64,000 nucleotides of DNA. Origin: the human T2T-CHM13v2.0 reference genome, Homo sapiens. Every line of letters begins with the position of its first letter. The first letter of the stretch is position 1. The notes under the pieces are model-generated. The model did not search any database. It had not been told where the DNA came from and worked only from the letters and a program-made list of their open reading frames with translations. The stretch lies in assembly GCF_009914755.1 (NCBI RefSeq), contig NC_060934.1; one strand, written 5' to 3'. Positions 17,362 to 33,088 of the stretch are shown here, in pieces. The position numbers and the translations under genes were made by a program.

Positions 17362-17712
17362 TGCATTAGTCCATTTTCACTGATAAAGATGTACCCGAGA
17401 CTGGGCAATTTACTAAAGAAAGAGGCTTATTAGACTTATAGCTCCACATGGCTGGGGAGGTCTCACAATCATAGTGGAAAATGAAAGGCACGTCTCACAT
17501 GGCAGCAGACAAGAGAAGAGAGCTTCTGCAGGGAAACTCCCATTTTTAAAACCATCAGATCTCGTGAGACTTATTCACTATCACGAGAACAGCATGGGAA
17601 AGACCCACCCCCATGATTCAGTTATTTCCCACCGGGTCCCTCCCACAACATGTGGGAATTCTGGGAGCTACAAGATGAGATTTGGGTGGGGACACAGAGC
17701 CAAACCATATCA
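17362..17712 (-). mobile_element. THE1 (THE1A-like) MaLR solo LTR
   Basis: Termini tgcattagtcc...gccaaaccatatca. Perfect 5-bp TSD aggta at 17357-17361 and 17713-17717. Confidence 0.9.
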
Positions 17713-18397
17713 AGGTACAAAGGGCGTTACAGAAACATAACAAGTGCACCTCCTGGTACAGCAAGGAGGGGCACGGAAGGAGACACTGCACAGGGGAGCG
17801 AGTGAAAAATCTCCCCAGGCTCAGCATGTCCAGGAAGGATGTGGCAGCTTGATCGTACCCTAGAGTCCAAACAACAAGATTCTTTTCAACAGCAGTGCCA
17901 GGTTAAAACAGCAGGCTGAAAACCCACATTCATTTCACCTCCTCCTAAACTCTAACCAAAACTACAGTCCAGAGACTTTTTTTAAAAAAGACACACCCAC
18001 TCAGCACACAAAGGTAAGGAGGCAAAAAAGCTGATGAAGAAGAAGTGAGTAATTTCACACATTCAGCAAAGCCAAATCCCAGGCCTTCAGCAGAAAAGCT
18101 GAGCACCAACACAGTGGCTCCTACAGAAGCCTTGAAAGGCTCTGAAACGAGTCCCACCAGATATGTCCGAAACCGGGGGGTTGATAGGAGCTTAAGATAT
18201 AAGCATGGGGAGGTGACTGGGAAGCAGAGGCAGTTAGACGCCCCCCACAGCCTCCCTGATCCCTGTCTCAGCCTTCTCTGAACAGGCTGGGGCAGGAACC
18301 AACACTGCAGGCCAGCACCCAGCCCTCTTCTCTCCACGTGGCTCCTGGAACGCTGGCAGTCAGACCTGGAGCCCCAGGTGGGACACTGGGAGACTGA

Positions 18398-18811
<414 letters not shown>

Positions 18812-19174
18812 TGATTCTTGAGACAAATGATAGTTCACCTAAAATTCTACACCCACACAAACTATCAATAAAGTATACGGATAAGACAGACATTTTTAGC
18901 CACTTTTAGTGAGAAGGAAATGTAGACAGCATTTTATCATCTTTGCAACCTACGGACACAATGCCAAAGTCAGCCAGACCAAGACTGTTAACAATATTCA
19001 GCTTATTTTGACTACACTAAAAAGATTCCTGAGTTGAGTCCTACTCCTGGTCCAGCTGCCTAGACAAGATGAGAACATTCATTCCACTGCAAAGAAACAG
19101 TGAACCTCAGCCTGCTCCTGAGAGCTAAGTTGTAAAATCAGAAAACAAGAACCAACCAACCCCCGCCCACATTT

Positions 19175-19803
19175 TTTTAATGTATTTTTTTAAATTATAC
19201 TTTAAGTTCTAGGGTACATGTGCACAACGTGCAGGTTTGTTACATATGTATACATGTGCCATGTTGGTGTACCGCACCCATTAACTCACCAATTACATTA
19301 GGTGTATCTCCTAATGCTATCCCTCCCCACACCCCACGACAGACCCCAGTGTGTGATGTTCCCAACCCTGTGTCCAAGTGTTCTCATTGTTCAATTCCCA
19401 CCTATGAGTGAGAACATGCGGTGTTTGATTTTCTGTCCTTGCAATACTCTGCTCAGAATGATGGTTTCCAGCTTCATCCATGTCCCAATGTGCTGGAGAG
19501 GATGTGGAGAGATAGGAACACTTTTACACTGTTGGTGGGACTGTAAACTAGTTCAACCATTGTGAAAGACAGTGTGGCGATTCCTCAAGGATCTAAAACT
19601 AGAAATACCATTTGACCCAGCCATCCCATTACTGGATATATACCCAAAGGATTATAAATCATGCTGCTATGAAGACACATGCACACGGATGTTTATTGCA
19701 GCACTATTCACAATACCAAAGACTTGGAACCAACCCAAATGTTCATCAGTGATAGACTGGATTAAGAAAATGTGGCACATATACACCATGGAATACTATG
19801 CAG
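19175..19803 (-). mobile_element. L1PA 3' fragment with 5' inversion (twin priming)
   Basis: 19175-19486 is the L1 3' end on the minus strand; 19487-19803 is the upstream ORF2 end on the plus strand. TSD cccc(c/t)gcccacattt at 19160-19174 and 19804-19818. Confidence 0.9.
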
Positions 19804-19911
19804 CCCCTGCCCACATTTCTAAGGGATGTGACCTCCAGTACTGAGAGTTCATGCTGCAACTTCAGTAGAAGCAAGTGTGGTAACCCCTCGTCTTCTTAAG
19901 ATTAGCTCACA

Positions 19912-20575
<664 letters not shown>

Positions 20576-22198
20576 ATTAGCTCACGACTTCACCTACTGA
20601 ATCCTCATCCACTCTGAGGAAAAGCAAAGCCAGTGTGGTGCCCAGACCACATCCAGCTTTCTTCCCTCTTCAGAGTAGGGAAAGGGCCCTCTCTGAACAA
20701 TGAGGACGGTGCCCACTTCCCATCCTGTCAACAGGACTCAGCATCCCACTTAGGGAAGCATACACAGGCTGGAACGCCACAAAGAGAGGCACAGGCAGGA
20801 CCCGCACAGCTGTGAGGCCCCGGGTGCCCTGGTCCCGCAGGGAGGCAGACCTGGGGCTGCAGCGGGGGCTTCACTGGCCTGGCAGCTCCGAGGCTTAGAC
20901 CGGAGGGTGGGCATCTGTAATTTCCCATTGGCTCACTCCTTCAACTCCTCACATGTGTGTATAGGGTACGTCAAAATAAAATTTATTTTTTCAAGGGTGA
21001 AGGATGTGATTGGATTTGATTCACATTCAAAGATGACTGAGGCCACGGTGAAGAGAAAGGGGCAGGGGAGACGAGGACAGGCTGGCTCTGGTGGGGGTGG
21101 CAGAGCTGAGAGGTCCAACATTAAAGGCTGTTTCTCTTCATCGTTTTTGTAAGGGCAGGACAGTATTAAAGGAAGGAAGAATAAAAGGGAGAGAAGAGGG
21201 AAGGAGAGGAAGAGGAAGACAAAGAGGAGGAGAGAGAAAGATTTGGTCAGTGAGGCAAAAAATAACAACATTGGCCACCACAACTGTCGGCTTCACTGTC
21301 GGTCAATATCATGCTAACAGTGTATTATATTTACACTGTTCCTCCAGTACAGGAGCCCCCAAACACTGTAAAAATCATCATTCAGTTAAACATCACAACA
21401 TAATCACATGGCTAAGTTAAGGGGGAGATCTTAATAGTCCAATTTTACAAACAGGGGAAGTACTGAATGAAAGGGTCAATGATTTGCCACAGCTGCTTAA
21501 AAGGCTGAGTGAGGACTTAGGTGTCAGTAAAATCCAGGAAGCCCACGTCCCCTACTAAATCCTTAAACTCTGCTGTACCACATTAAGTACATCTTCTACA
21601 TGAAACTTGTACGACTCTGCAGACACGTGCCACCCCAGGGCTGGGAAGCAACTGGATGTCTGCCCGTCACAACCACATTGAGAACTGTCCAAGGACGCCA
21701 ATGGTGTTGGGTCGCCGCCCACACTCCACGGGCTTGTTTTATGATTTCCTTGGATGAACCTGAATGGACCATCTTTGTCCAGAACCTAATATTCTATTTC
21801 ACGTAAGTGTGAAGCATAATTTTTGAAGTGTAAAGAACTTGGTAGCCGTTTTGGTGGAGATGCATTTCACAAGCCCTTCATTTTCACGGGAGCACCTGGT
21901 GGAAGGCCTGGTACTTAGCAGAACCTCGGGACATCAAGAAAACTGAACCACCACGAGATGAGTCATTTTCTGTCATTTTTACTAAACGTCAAAATTAGAC
22001 TTGCTATATTTCCTTTTGTTTCTGTAGTAGGAAGTGAGGGGGTGAAAATATTTCCATAACAATATGCTACAAAGAAAGTCAGTAAACCTAAACAATTTTA
22101 ATCAGCATCTTGTAATATGGGTCATTATGAAGATTATTTTTTAAAAAAGCAACATGAAACAGATAAAACCTTAAGCATTTAAAATGGAAACTGGTTAA

Positions 22199-22533
<335 letters not shown>

Positions 22534-22599
22534 GGAAAACTTTGTAGACGATTTTATTCTCAAAAAGGGTAGATACATTGCTAAGAATCAACATCTTAC

Positions 22600-22697
22600 C
22601 TTAAACACTTCCATTGGAAGAGGAAATTTGGCAGCATCAATAAGGGATTTTTCCAGAGTACATTTCCATTCAGAGGCCATCTTCAAAGGATAGATTT
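22600..22697 (-). CDS. SFMBT2: SFMBT2 coding exon (~exon 7), 98 nt, (E)[32 protein letters not shown]
   Basis: Acceptor gttgatacag|AA ATC TAT, donor TTT AAG|gtaaga. Phase 1 to 0, continuing the frame of the previous exon. Confidence 0.95.
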
Positions 22698-24541
22698 CTG
22701 TATCAACAGCAAATCACAGAAGAGTTGAAGGACTAACACGTTCTGCCGGGTGACTCTTTCCTGCATGCTAATTCCCAGGCTTTCCTGATACCTCAGCACG
22801 GTCAGTGACCGTGAGTGTTCACAGCCCATACCCGCCATGAGCAGCCACCTGCTGAAAGGACTTTCTGAAATTAAATAGCAACTTGGGATTCTGCTGTCAG
22901 AAATGAAGAATAAACTTAATAGAGCTCTTCTTCAGGGAACATTTGTATGCATTTAGTTGGCATTCTGTAAGTAATTTAATGGTATTAATCACATTAGCAA
23001 AAACCTTCAGTCATCCATGGGCCAAAATTCCACATATCACCTAGGAAAGCAATGCCCACTGATGAGGAACTTATTATCTGATACATTTCTAAACTACAAA
23101 CGACTCTAGTCTGGCATTTGCAGTTATGACAACATATTTTCACTAAATCTCTAAGCTCTCATCTGCTAAAAATAGTCCCTGTAAGTCAGAAAATTATTAA
23201 AAGGTAAATTAAAATTTACCAAGTTTAATATTTACACTTGAAATGTTGCTTAACACACCACATGTTGCCCATATTTTTCCCCAGGCGGTGGGAGGGGGGG
23301 CAAGATTTACAGATGGAGGTTACACAGTCTGAATGCAAAATTAAAAGGAAAAAAAAAAACGTTGAGCACTGTTTTTACCTATTGCTGAAACTGCAGGAGA
23401 ATTTTATGGCCTGATCTCAACAGATTTAAGACCTTATCAAAATAGGATTTGCAGAAGCCCTCACTGGAAGTAGATATGTTTATGCCTTCAATATATCAAC
23501 CCAGGCTACTTCAGACAGACGCTTAGGATATGAATATGAAATTAAGCACAGTTAAAAAGCAACAATAAACCTTTGGGACTGTATTTTTAATTTCTTGCAT
23601 GTCTGCTTTTTAGCATGAAGCGATCTATTTTGATCCTCATAGCTTTTGAACTCACCTTGAGCTTTAAGCCCCTGTTTCCGCAGTTTATTCAGTCATAATT
23701 ACAGTAAGTATCAGATCCTGCCAGAACTAGCCAAGCCATCGGTGCACTGCCCGAAGTCATTGTTACTTACACAAAGACACACAAAGGGTAATTCACAACC
23801 ACACATCCTCTGCGTGTGTGCATTGTCTATAATCCTTTCTAGTGTTTCCTGTCTGCTGAACTTTTTTCTTCTAGTTTGGCCTTTCTAAATTCTTCTTAGT
23901 AGTAGCTAACGTAATTGGGAACACTCAATGGGCCTCAACACACACTTCTGTGGAGACTGAAAGAATGGGGCCTCTGATGTCCACAGTGAGAAGGGGGCAC
24001 TCAGGAAGACACTGCTTATCACAGGATCCCCAAAAGTAGGCACAGGGACCAGTTCACAGAGCCCCCTGCAAGCTGCTCCATGAGAGCGAGAGGGATACCT
24101 GTGCACTCAGGCAAGCTCGTGGGCACTGCATCCAAACCACGGAGAGACAGAAGGCCACTCAGGGGACCCCGGGGAGCAAAGCCCTGAGGACGCCAACGCA
24201 GGATCAGGAGAGAAATTGCCAACAGGCTGGAGCTCCTGATGGGACAGGGACCATAAACACATGCCCCTTTCCAGCAAGCTGGGCAGGCAGATGGAGAGTT
24301 CAACCTGGGCATGGTAGGAAAAGGACCAGCTCACAGAAAACAATGGGGATTACCAAAGAAAGAATTTGAAGACCCAACAGGTGCAAAAAGGAAAAGCATG
24401 ATCTACCTGGCTGACACCTTTGGCCCCTTGCTTGGGAATCAGGACTAGTTATACCCTTGACCCTTGATGGTGGTCTCTGAATGGGGGAGGGATGCCCTGA
24501 GACAGAAGAGAAGGTATAAGAATGGTCAAAAAACACCTTCA

Positions 24542-24825
<284 letters not shown>

Positions 24826-25649
24826 TTAAGGCCAGGAGGAATGGAAATCCAACATGACCAGGGTTAGATCCAAGCTATGAGAACTCACGGAGAGGATGCT
24901 CTGGCCCCAGTGGGGTTGCCTGCACGCTGGCCCAGGAAGGCAGACCAACCAAGTCATCCCTGAAAAATGAACTCCTCTGTCCACTGGATGCCATCTCTCC
25001 TCCTCCACACCAGAGACAAAGGTAACAAGAAGCCCAGGTGCCAGGTGGGTCCTGCCTCTGTCCTACAACCTGAAGATTCTCTGTTTTCTTTCCAATGGTG
25101 TTAAATCCTGGAATGAACCCAGCCCACAGCAAGGCAGACTTCTTTCATGAAAAGGTGAAAATCAACTGCAGTTTTGACAGCCTGACACAACCAGCAGAGA
25201 ACAACAGTCCCCATGTGCATTCCATGAGATGGAGTCATGCTGGTTATACTAGCAAGTTAATGGACAATAAATAGTACCATTCAAAGAACATCGACCATTT
25301 TCTTAAAATGATCGTGTTGCAGGTAACTGAATAAAGTAAATCATGCCAGTTTCTGTTTCTGGGAAGGTCGTGAGCAATTAAAACATGTCCCGATTCCTCT
25401 GAAACTAGAAGCCTACAAGAAAAACGAGGCAATCTCCTTTTGTGCAAGGGTTTGATGGGGCATTTCCTAATAAGTGCCACAGGAAGCAGTAATGCATAAC
25501 ATAATCATCAATAAACAAAGACCTAGAGAAACAACTCTTCTTTTATCCACCTCCCTCCAAAAAACTTCTATGTCCTTCTGCTCCTCCAGGTCCTACCCAG
25601 TGAAGAAAGATGAATCTATGTTGTTAAAAGATAGTAAACGTCAGAGAAA

Positions 25650-25994
25650 GTGTTATGGACTAAATGTTTCTCCCCACAATTCTTACTTGAAGCCCTAACC
25701 CCAAAGGGATGCCTTTGGGAGATGATTAGAGTTAGATGGAGTTATGAGGGTGGGGTCCTCAAATGAGATCTGTGTCCTTATAAGAGACACCAGAGTTCTC
25801 TCTTGATCTACTATGTGAGGACACAGTCAGAAGGCGGCTGTCTGCAAACCAGGAAGCGAGCCCTCCTGGGACCTCAACTACACTGGCACCCTGATCTCAC
25901 ACTTCCAGCCTCCAGATCTCTGAGAAGTAAATGTTTGTTGTTTAAGCCATAAAGCCTGTGGCATTTTGTTATGGCAGCTTGAACAGATTAATGT
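25650..25994 (+). mobile_element. MaLR solo LTR, MLT1A-like
   Basis: tgttatggactaaatg...ccttataagagacacc...gaaggcggctgtctgcaaaccagg...cttccagcctccag...ttgttatggcagc. Confidence 0.75.
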
Positions 25995-26667
25995 AGTCCA
26001 ACTCACTTTTGGACTAAGTAATAGTTCAGGCAGAAAGTATTTAAGTTGGATTCAGAAACTTCCTGACTCCAAGATCTAAAACAAGCACTAAAAAAATGGG
26101 GGGAGGGGGTGATAAAATAATTTTGAAGGAAAAAAACAAGGGAATAAATTCTAGAAATAGAGAAAGAAAAAGAAACTCAAAAAGTTTCATCTCCTTAGCA
26201 TCTGCAAGAATATCTAAAAGTCTATCTTATTTTCTAAACATCCAGAAATAGGAGAGCAGGTGGGCTTCTTAAACGACCCTAACCTCAATGACGTACTTAC
26301 ATTCCTTGGAAAATCAAAGTACAACCTTAAGACTCTGATCACAGATTAAATGTCTAGAAAAGGCCAATCTCTTGATATACATTACACCACTCAGCAGCCC
26401 AGCAAGATATCCTTATCCCCATGGTACAGGGTAAGGTGGTTTCTTTCCCCTCCTCCTTCCCCAAGCACCAGAATGCTATTTCCTCTGATTCAGGGCAAAA
26501 AGAGAAAGGCTCAATGGCCCTGTGTTTCTCAGAGGTGGAGAGTATAAAATCTAGTTCCTTTTCCCAGGTTTTTGAAGGCTAACTTCCTAGCTACTTTCTA
26601 TGACCCATTTCTCTTCTATTTTGCTGAACAGTTGAGAAATACTGTACCCTTTAAAGAGTAAAACAAG

Positions 26668-26983
<316 letters not shown>

Positions 26984-27555
26984 CTAAAGGATGATTATTT
27001 TTAACAATGGTGGTGGTGTTAGTGGGAGTGCAGAGCAGATGGTCCCGGCAGCAGGGAAGAGCTCGTGGGGAGTATGCTCTTCTCCCCTGCACACCCCCCT
27101 CCCACTGGACTTCTCCCCATCGGTCATGGAAGCAGAACACTTTCCAGTGCCTTCATAGTGTTTGGGAAAACGAGAAAATCGGCCTAGTATTTTCTATGCA
27201 GGTATGAAGTTTTATTCTCGCCTAGATTCCAGTTAAGGAAGTGGTGCTACCACGTAAGTCACACAAGTCACCGTGGGACTTGAAATCAATTTATACAAAT
27301 ACAAAGTACTAGAATCTGTCCCCATGTGTACAACAGGGGTAGTACAGCCTCTCTTCCCAGGGATGCTGTTCTGCTGAATGATGTAGCAGAATCCAGTTTC
27401 CATCTTGAAACTACTGGATCTGAGGAACTCAAAATCACACTTTTGGAGTGTCTTGTCACTTTTTAGTTTCTTCTTCCTGTACATAACCTTTCCTGTTGAT
27501 GATTTAAATATCGGGGAAGTAAGTTCTTGATGATGAATGTCTTTTCCAGAATCTT

Positions 27556-27813
27556 TTTTTTGTTTGTTTGTTTTCACAGAGTCTCACTCTGTCACCCAGG
27601 CTGGAGTGCAGCAGAGCAATCTTGGCTCACTGCAGCCTCCTCTCCTGTGATCAAGCGATCCTCCCACCTCAGCCCCCTAAGTAGCTGGGACTACAGGTGC
27701 ATGCCACCATGCCTAGCCAGTTTTTTCTATTTTTTTCAGAGACAGGGTTTCACCATATTGCCCCAGCTGGTCTCCAACTCCTGAGCTCAGGCGTGAGCCA
27801 TCATGCCCTGCCT
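27556..27813 (-). mobile_element. Alu (AluJ-like) with left-arm deletion
   Basis: Reverse-complement Alu. TSD ttccagaatctt on both sides. Confidence 0.85.
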
Positions 27814-29109
27814 GTTCCAGAATCTTCAGGGGCCCCCAAGAAGTCTTCAGTTAAATGAACAACTCATTTCCAGAAAATGCTAAGACAAGTAAACACAATT
27901 TATTCATATATTATAAAGACCCCAAATTATCTAAAGAGGGAGACAGCTCATAAGCGAGTATTTCCTAAGCTTCCACGGAGGCATGTTCCATTCCTGCTCG
28001 TGAGTGTGAGTCCCATAACTTCCCAGGAAAGAAACATCACAGAGAACATAAGAAGCCACTAGTCATCCTTTGCTTTGCTGTAAATTTGTACACTGGCAAG
28101 TAGATATTGCTCCTAAAATTTATAAAGCAATTAGATACTAAGCAGAGATGTATACACACAACTTTACGCACAAAGTAAATTTTTCCTGCTGGGTTATGAA
28201 TCCCAGGGCAAACCCGGGCTTACATCCTTCTTCACAACACGACAGGCTCTTTGTTTGTCATCAGAGTCAAAAATTACTCAGGATAGAGATGGAGGTGTTG
28301 GCTGCTTCTCAACATTTTGACAGCAATAATACTAATAAAATACCACATTACGCGTCTCTAAGCCTGTCAAACTTAATGCAAATGCAAACACACGGGACAC
28401 AGGACCAGGAAGTGTTTTCAATTAGAGCCTCTGAGTGACAGAAAAGATAAATATAACTCCTCTCCTTCATGTACTCAACACTAACATCGGCAACTAATAT
28501 GGGAGGAAATTCTCTGGTGATTTTAATAAAGCAAAGAGCCATGTCCTTATTCCAAATACAGCTACAAAACTCACCGGAATGAAGATTACCAATTTCTGAA
28601 AAAATACGTACTTCCTCCTTGGCATCTCTAATTCTACAAGAATCCAGTATTTCTGTTCTGAGGTTTCCCATTCAAAGGCCGGTAAGAGGAGGCCGGTAAG
28701 AGGGGTGGGAGGGGCCCAGCACCTGGGAATCTGAATTGCACTGCCTGTCCCTTAAAACAGGGGACCTTGGACAACTAGCTGAACTCCAGTCTCAATTTTC
28801 TCTACTGTGAAATGAAATTCACAACAAACATGCAGCATTTTTTTAGAATCAAAACAAACAATGTACCAGATGTAAAATCACCTGGCACATAGTAAACATT
28901 CAAGAATGGTTATTTTGTAAATACGCTGATTTTTAACTAGGTAGGTATGACAGAGAGCATAAGGCAGGATTCTTTCCAATTAAGCCTCTGCAAAGCCATT
29001 TGACAGTGCATTTGAAGCTAACTAAAATCTTACATGCCAGGAGAAAACATGATGGTCTATCTACTCAATGCTGCTTCTTGGTCAGACTGGATTGTGGTTT
29101 GGATATTTA

Positions 29110-29260
29110 GATGGATGGATGAATGGATGGTCAGATAAATAGATGAATGCTGGATGGATAGGTGGATGAATGGATGGATGAATAGATAAATGGATAGATG
29201 GGTGGATGAGTAGGTGGATGGATTGGTGAATGGACAGACTGAGAGATGGGTACACAGATG
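29110..29260. repeat. Degenerate (GGAT/GAAT)n tetranucleotide repeat
   Basis: gatggatggatgaatggatgg... tract. Confidence 0.9.
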
Positions 29261-29611
29261 GCCAGAGATTTCGGAACCTACTTACAAGACTATCAAAATT
29301 CCTAAAGAAAAACGTGGAGAATATCCTCAAGTCTCAATCTACTGTGTCTTTCCTTTCTGAACCAGTGATTCCCAAGGAACTAGATCAATTTCCCTAAGGC
29401 CTCTAACATTGCTTTCTCCTTTGAGAACACTATTGATTGAGGTCTTAGGTTTTAGTCTCTATGGAAAGCATTGTGAAGTTAAAGTGCTTAATATTCACAT
29501 ACTCAGATATAAAAGATACCAGAAAGCTCATACATTTTCTAGAAACACATCCAGGAAAATATCACATCTTTTTCTAAAATACTTTACAGCAGCAAAAGCT
29601 TTGGCCCTTAC

Positions 29612-29858
29612 CTGAAGGTGGGTCCATTCTGTATTTATTCTCTTGACACCAACCAACTGGTCGAAGTCTGTAATCCAAGTAAAACAACCACTGGTCATAG
29701 GATTCAGTGTCCTCCAATCCCACATAGCGAAGGCGTAATCTTCCTCCAACATTTTCAATCACACTAACTATCCAGTACTGAAAAGGGTTCTGGGAATCCT
29801 GAAGTTCTATTAAGGAACCAACTGTAATGAGGTCTATAGGGCCTTTCCCTCGCAGAGG
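29612..29858 (-). CDS. SFMBT2: SFMBT2 coding exon (~exon 6), 247 nt, MBT repeat core [82 protein letters not shown]
   Basis: Lies inside ORF 29574..29876(-). Acceptor ttctgtttaaacag|CCT, donor TCA G|gtaagg. Phase 0 to 1. Carries MBT signatures ([15 protein letters not shown]). Confidence 0.97.
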
Positions 29859-31573
29859 CTGTTTAAACAGAAGCAAAACTCCTTATTTTAAACTTTATTT
29901 TAAGGTTCTCATGGAAACAGATGACAGCAGAAGATAATATTTTTTCACACCATCATCCAAGGTACTGGCGAACAGTCTGGCGTTCCCTCCACCCCATCCT
30001 TGCCCAGCCCATGCCCCACCCCTTCCCTTTCCTCCCTCCCACACATCCATGTACCCCATTCCGTATCCAACAACAAAAAAATCACAAGTCAATAGAAAAT
30101 AACAGTTTGTGCTAAGTTCTCACCAAACAAATCACCCTTCCCAGATAAAATTGCTTTTGTTAACAATCAGTATGCTTTTAAGAAGAGTTCTACCCAAATT
30201 TGCCTGGACCTAGAAAACGTGGTAGCAAACGGTCTACTTTTCCAACAGACAGATAATTCTAATACAGAGCATTCAATTTACACCATGACGGTTTCCCAGA
30301 CATTCATCTTACTCTACTGGCCGCTACTCTAATGACCAAAATGCTCTCATACTTTGATTATGTGACGAAGGCATGAGTGTGTGTCAATGACATGTCTAAC
30401 ACACAGTAATGATCAGCTAAATTAGACTACTATGTAAAATTATTTCTACACTTAAGCTGGTAATTGGTTTACAGAATGTATAATTACTGCCCCTTCTAAG
30501 AAACCTTCTTAGCCTATGATAGCATATGAAAAGGGTGTTTGTTCAGCCAGCTTTGTAGGCAAATATGTTTTAGAAAATTAACATAGTGAGACAATTTGTC
30601 CTTTTGAAAGGATGAACTATCATCATTTTGATTTGTTAATGAACAATTAAAATAGTATCTCTAATGATATATAACAAATACATCAGGCAAAATCTTCACA
30701 AAACAAAACCCGTTAACTATATTAGACTATGACGTTCTAAAATGTCAATATCATTTATGAAAAGAGGGAAAGTTTAAGGTTAAGAGAATATGATACTGTC
30801 AAAATCCACACCTTATTACTTGTTATTCATTAAGTTTTCCCCTTTTTAGGGGCATTCTTAAGAAAAACAGACTAGGTAATTCAATAATTACTTATGACAC
30901 AGTGCCTTTCTCTTCCTGTTCCATTATACAAATACAAATACTACATATACATACTAAGATGTTTCAACATAAAATTATTTTCAAATAAACCATCAAGATT
31001 TCAGATTAAACTATGTTTTCTTCAATACATTAAAATTTCCTTGGCTACACTGAAATACGATCTGCCATTTCTCCTCTTGTTTTTACAAGAGAAGTTAATT
31101 CAATTATTGGTTAACGTGTGTATGTTCAAATCTTGGGGTTATGCGTCAAAATAGAACATTTAATGGAACGACTTATCAATGTACTCCAAGAGACTATATT
31201 AGCACATACATGATCTTGTCACCTGTTCAAAACAGTGATTCTACAGGATTTGATTTATATTCACTCACATAGGAAAGAGGCTTAAAGATATAGGACAGTA
31301 GGAAGACATCCTAGCATATTGTGATTTAAAAATTGGATTCACATAGAGCAAATTTTCCATTTGCTGATTGCATCACAGGGGAAGTTTCATCAATGCCATT
31401 CAAATCAGTCACCTAAGTAATTCAGGACAAAAGAGGAAGGGAGGCTATTTGGATGGCAGTGTCTGCAGAAAGCACGCATCTGCTGAAGGATATATGCAAA
31501 GGTGCTGTCAGGTCTGAGCTCACGTAACTGGGGTGCTTCAGAGATACATTAGATGTATAACAACAATACATAC

Positions 31574-31662
31574 ACCTTCCAGGAGGTTGGCGGGTGCTGT
31601 CCTCGAACCAGTCAAGTCACGTATGAGAAATTCTGTCCAGTCTGTGTACTTCTCTTTGATTG
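31574..31662 (-). CDS. SFMBT2: SFMBT2 coding exon (~exon 5), 89 nt, (A)[29 protein letters not shown]
   Basis: Minus strand: pyrimidine tract ...tctcctttgtcttgccag|CA ATC AAA GAG... ending GAA GGT|gtatgt. Phase 1 to 0. The DWxxFL motif is the N-terminal arm of an MBT repeat. Confidence 0.95.
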
Positions 31663-32170
31663 CTGGCAAGACAAAGGAGAAAGAAAAACAAAACAAAACA
31701 AAAAAAACACTTCAACACAGCAGCAAAGTATCCAATCAACTTAAAATCACAGCAGTTTTCTCCATGTAGGTTTGATTTCAATGTTTTTCTTAACTTTCAT
31801 CACCATGCTTAAGTAAATACTAAAACTGAGACTGAAAATGTGTCTCTAAGTAGCAACTTGACACATACCACATGCTTGGGCACCAAGGAGATGAAAGAAT
31901 CCGAAGTCTTACAGCCTATTTAGAAACTTTTCACAAACCACAAAGAAATTATAAAGTGTACAATTCAGGAGGTTCCAAGGAGAGAGAAACCAGTGAGGCT
32001 AGGGAAATCAGAGAAAGGCTTTCCAGGTGGGAAAATCAAACCAGGCCCCGAATTACATGAACAGTTTATACAGTTTCAGAAGAAGAAGGAATTTGCAGAG
32101 AAATGGGCACAAAATAACAAGAGGGGTGGACTGAAGGTGAAATGGAGAAATAGAGAAATGGGGAGAATAA

Positions 32171-32499
32171 GTAGTCCCCTCCATATCCATGGGTTCCCCA
32201 TCCCTGGGTTCAATTCAACTGAGCATCAAAAATATATGAAATAAAATGCATCTTTACTGAACATGTACACTTTTTTTTCTTATTATTCCCTAAAAACTCC
32301 AATGTAACAACTATTTACATAGTATCTACATTGTAGTAGGTACTATAAGTAATCCAGAGATGATTTAAGGTCTGCAGAAAGATGTACATAGGTTATGTGT
32401 GAACTATACTATTTTCTGTTCGAGACTTGATCATCTGCAAATTTTGGTATCCTTGGGGGTCCTGGAGCCAATCCCCCAACAGATCTCAAGGGACGACTG
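32171..32499. mobile_element. MER2 (TcMar-Tigger) DNA transposon
   Basis: agtcccctccatatccatggg...tgtaacaactatttacatag...aagtaatccagagatgattt...ggtcctggagccaatcccc...gggacgactg. Confidence 0.75.
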
Positions 32500-32785
32500 C
32501 ACTGCAAATGGTCACACTAGGGCACACTCCAAGCGCACAGCACTGGGAAATAATACTGAGTGGTAGGAATAAACTATGGACACCCAGGAAGTCAACATAG
32601 ACGCTTAACAAATGGGACATCTCTGTATAAAATGAATCTGGCAACAGTATAAGGGTTTGAATGGAAAGAAAAGAGTCTAAAAGCAGGGAAACTGAGGCTG
32701 TTTCAGTTATCCAAGTAGAAAAGTGATAGGACTCAAAATAGGGGTGACAGCCCTCTGAACAAGGAAGGAATGTATTTGAGGCATC

Positions 32786-33088
<303 letters not shown>

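Noticed and set aside
17448-17460. PRDM9 recombination-hotspot motif in THE1 LTRs (also 50071-50083)
   Set aside because: Both copies read CCTCCCCAGCCAT, the ordinary THE1 state, not the hotspot-type CCTCCCTNNCCAC.
29574-29876. 100-aa ORF as a standalone gene
   Set aside because: It is the SFMBT2 internal exon plus flanking intron read-through. Canonical splice sites delimit 29858-29612.
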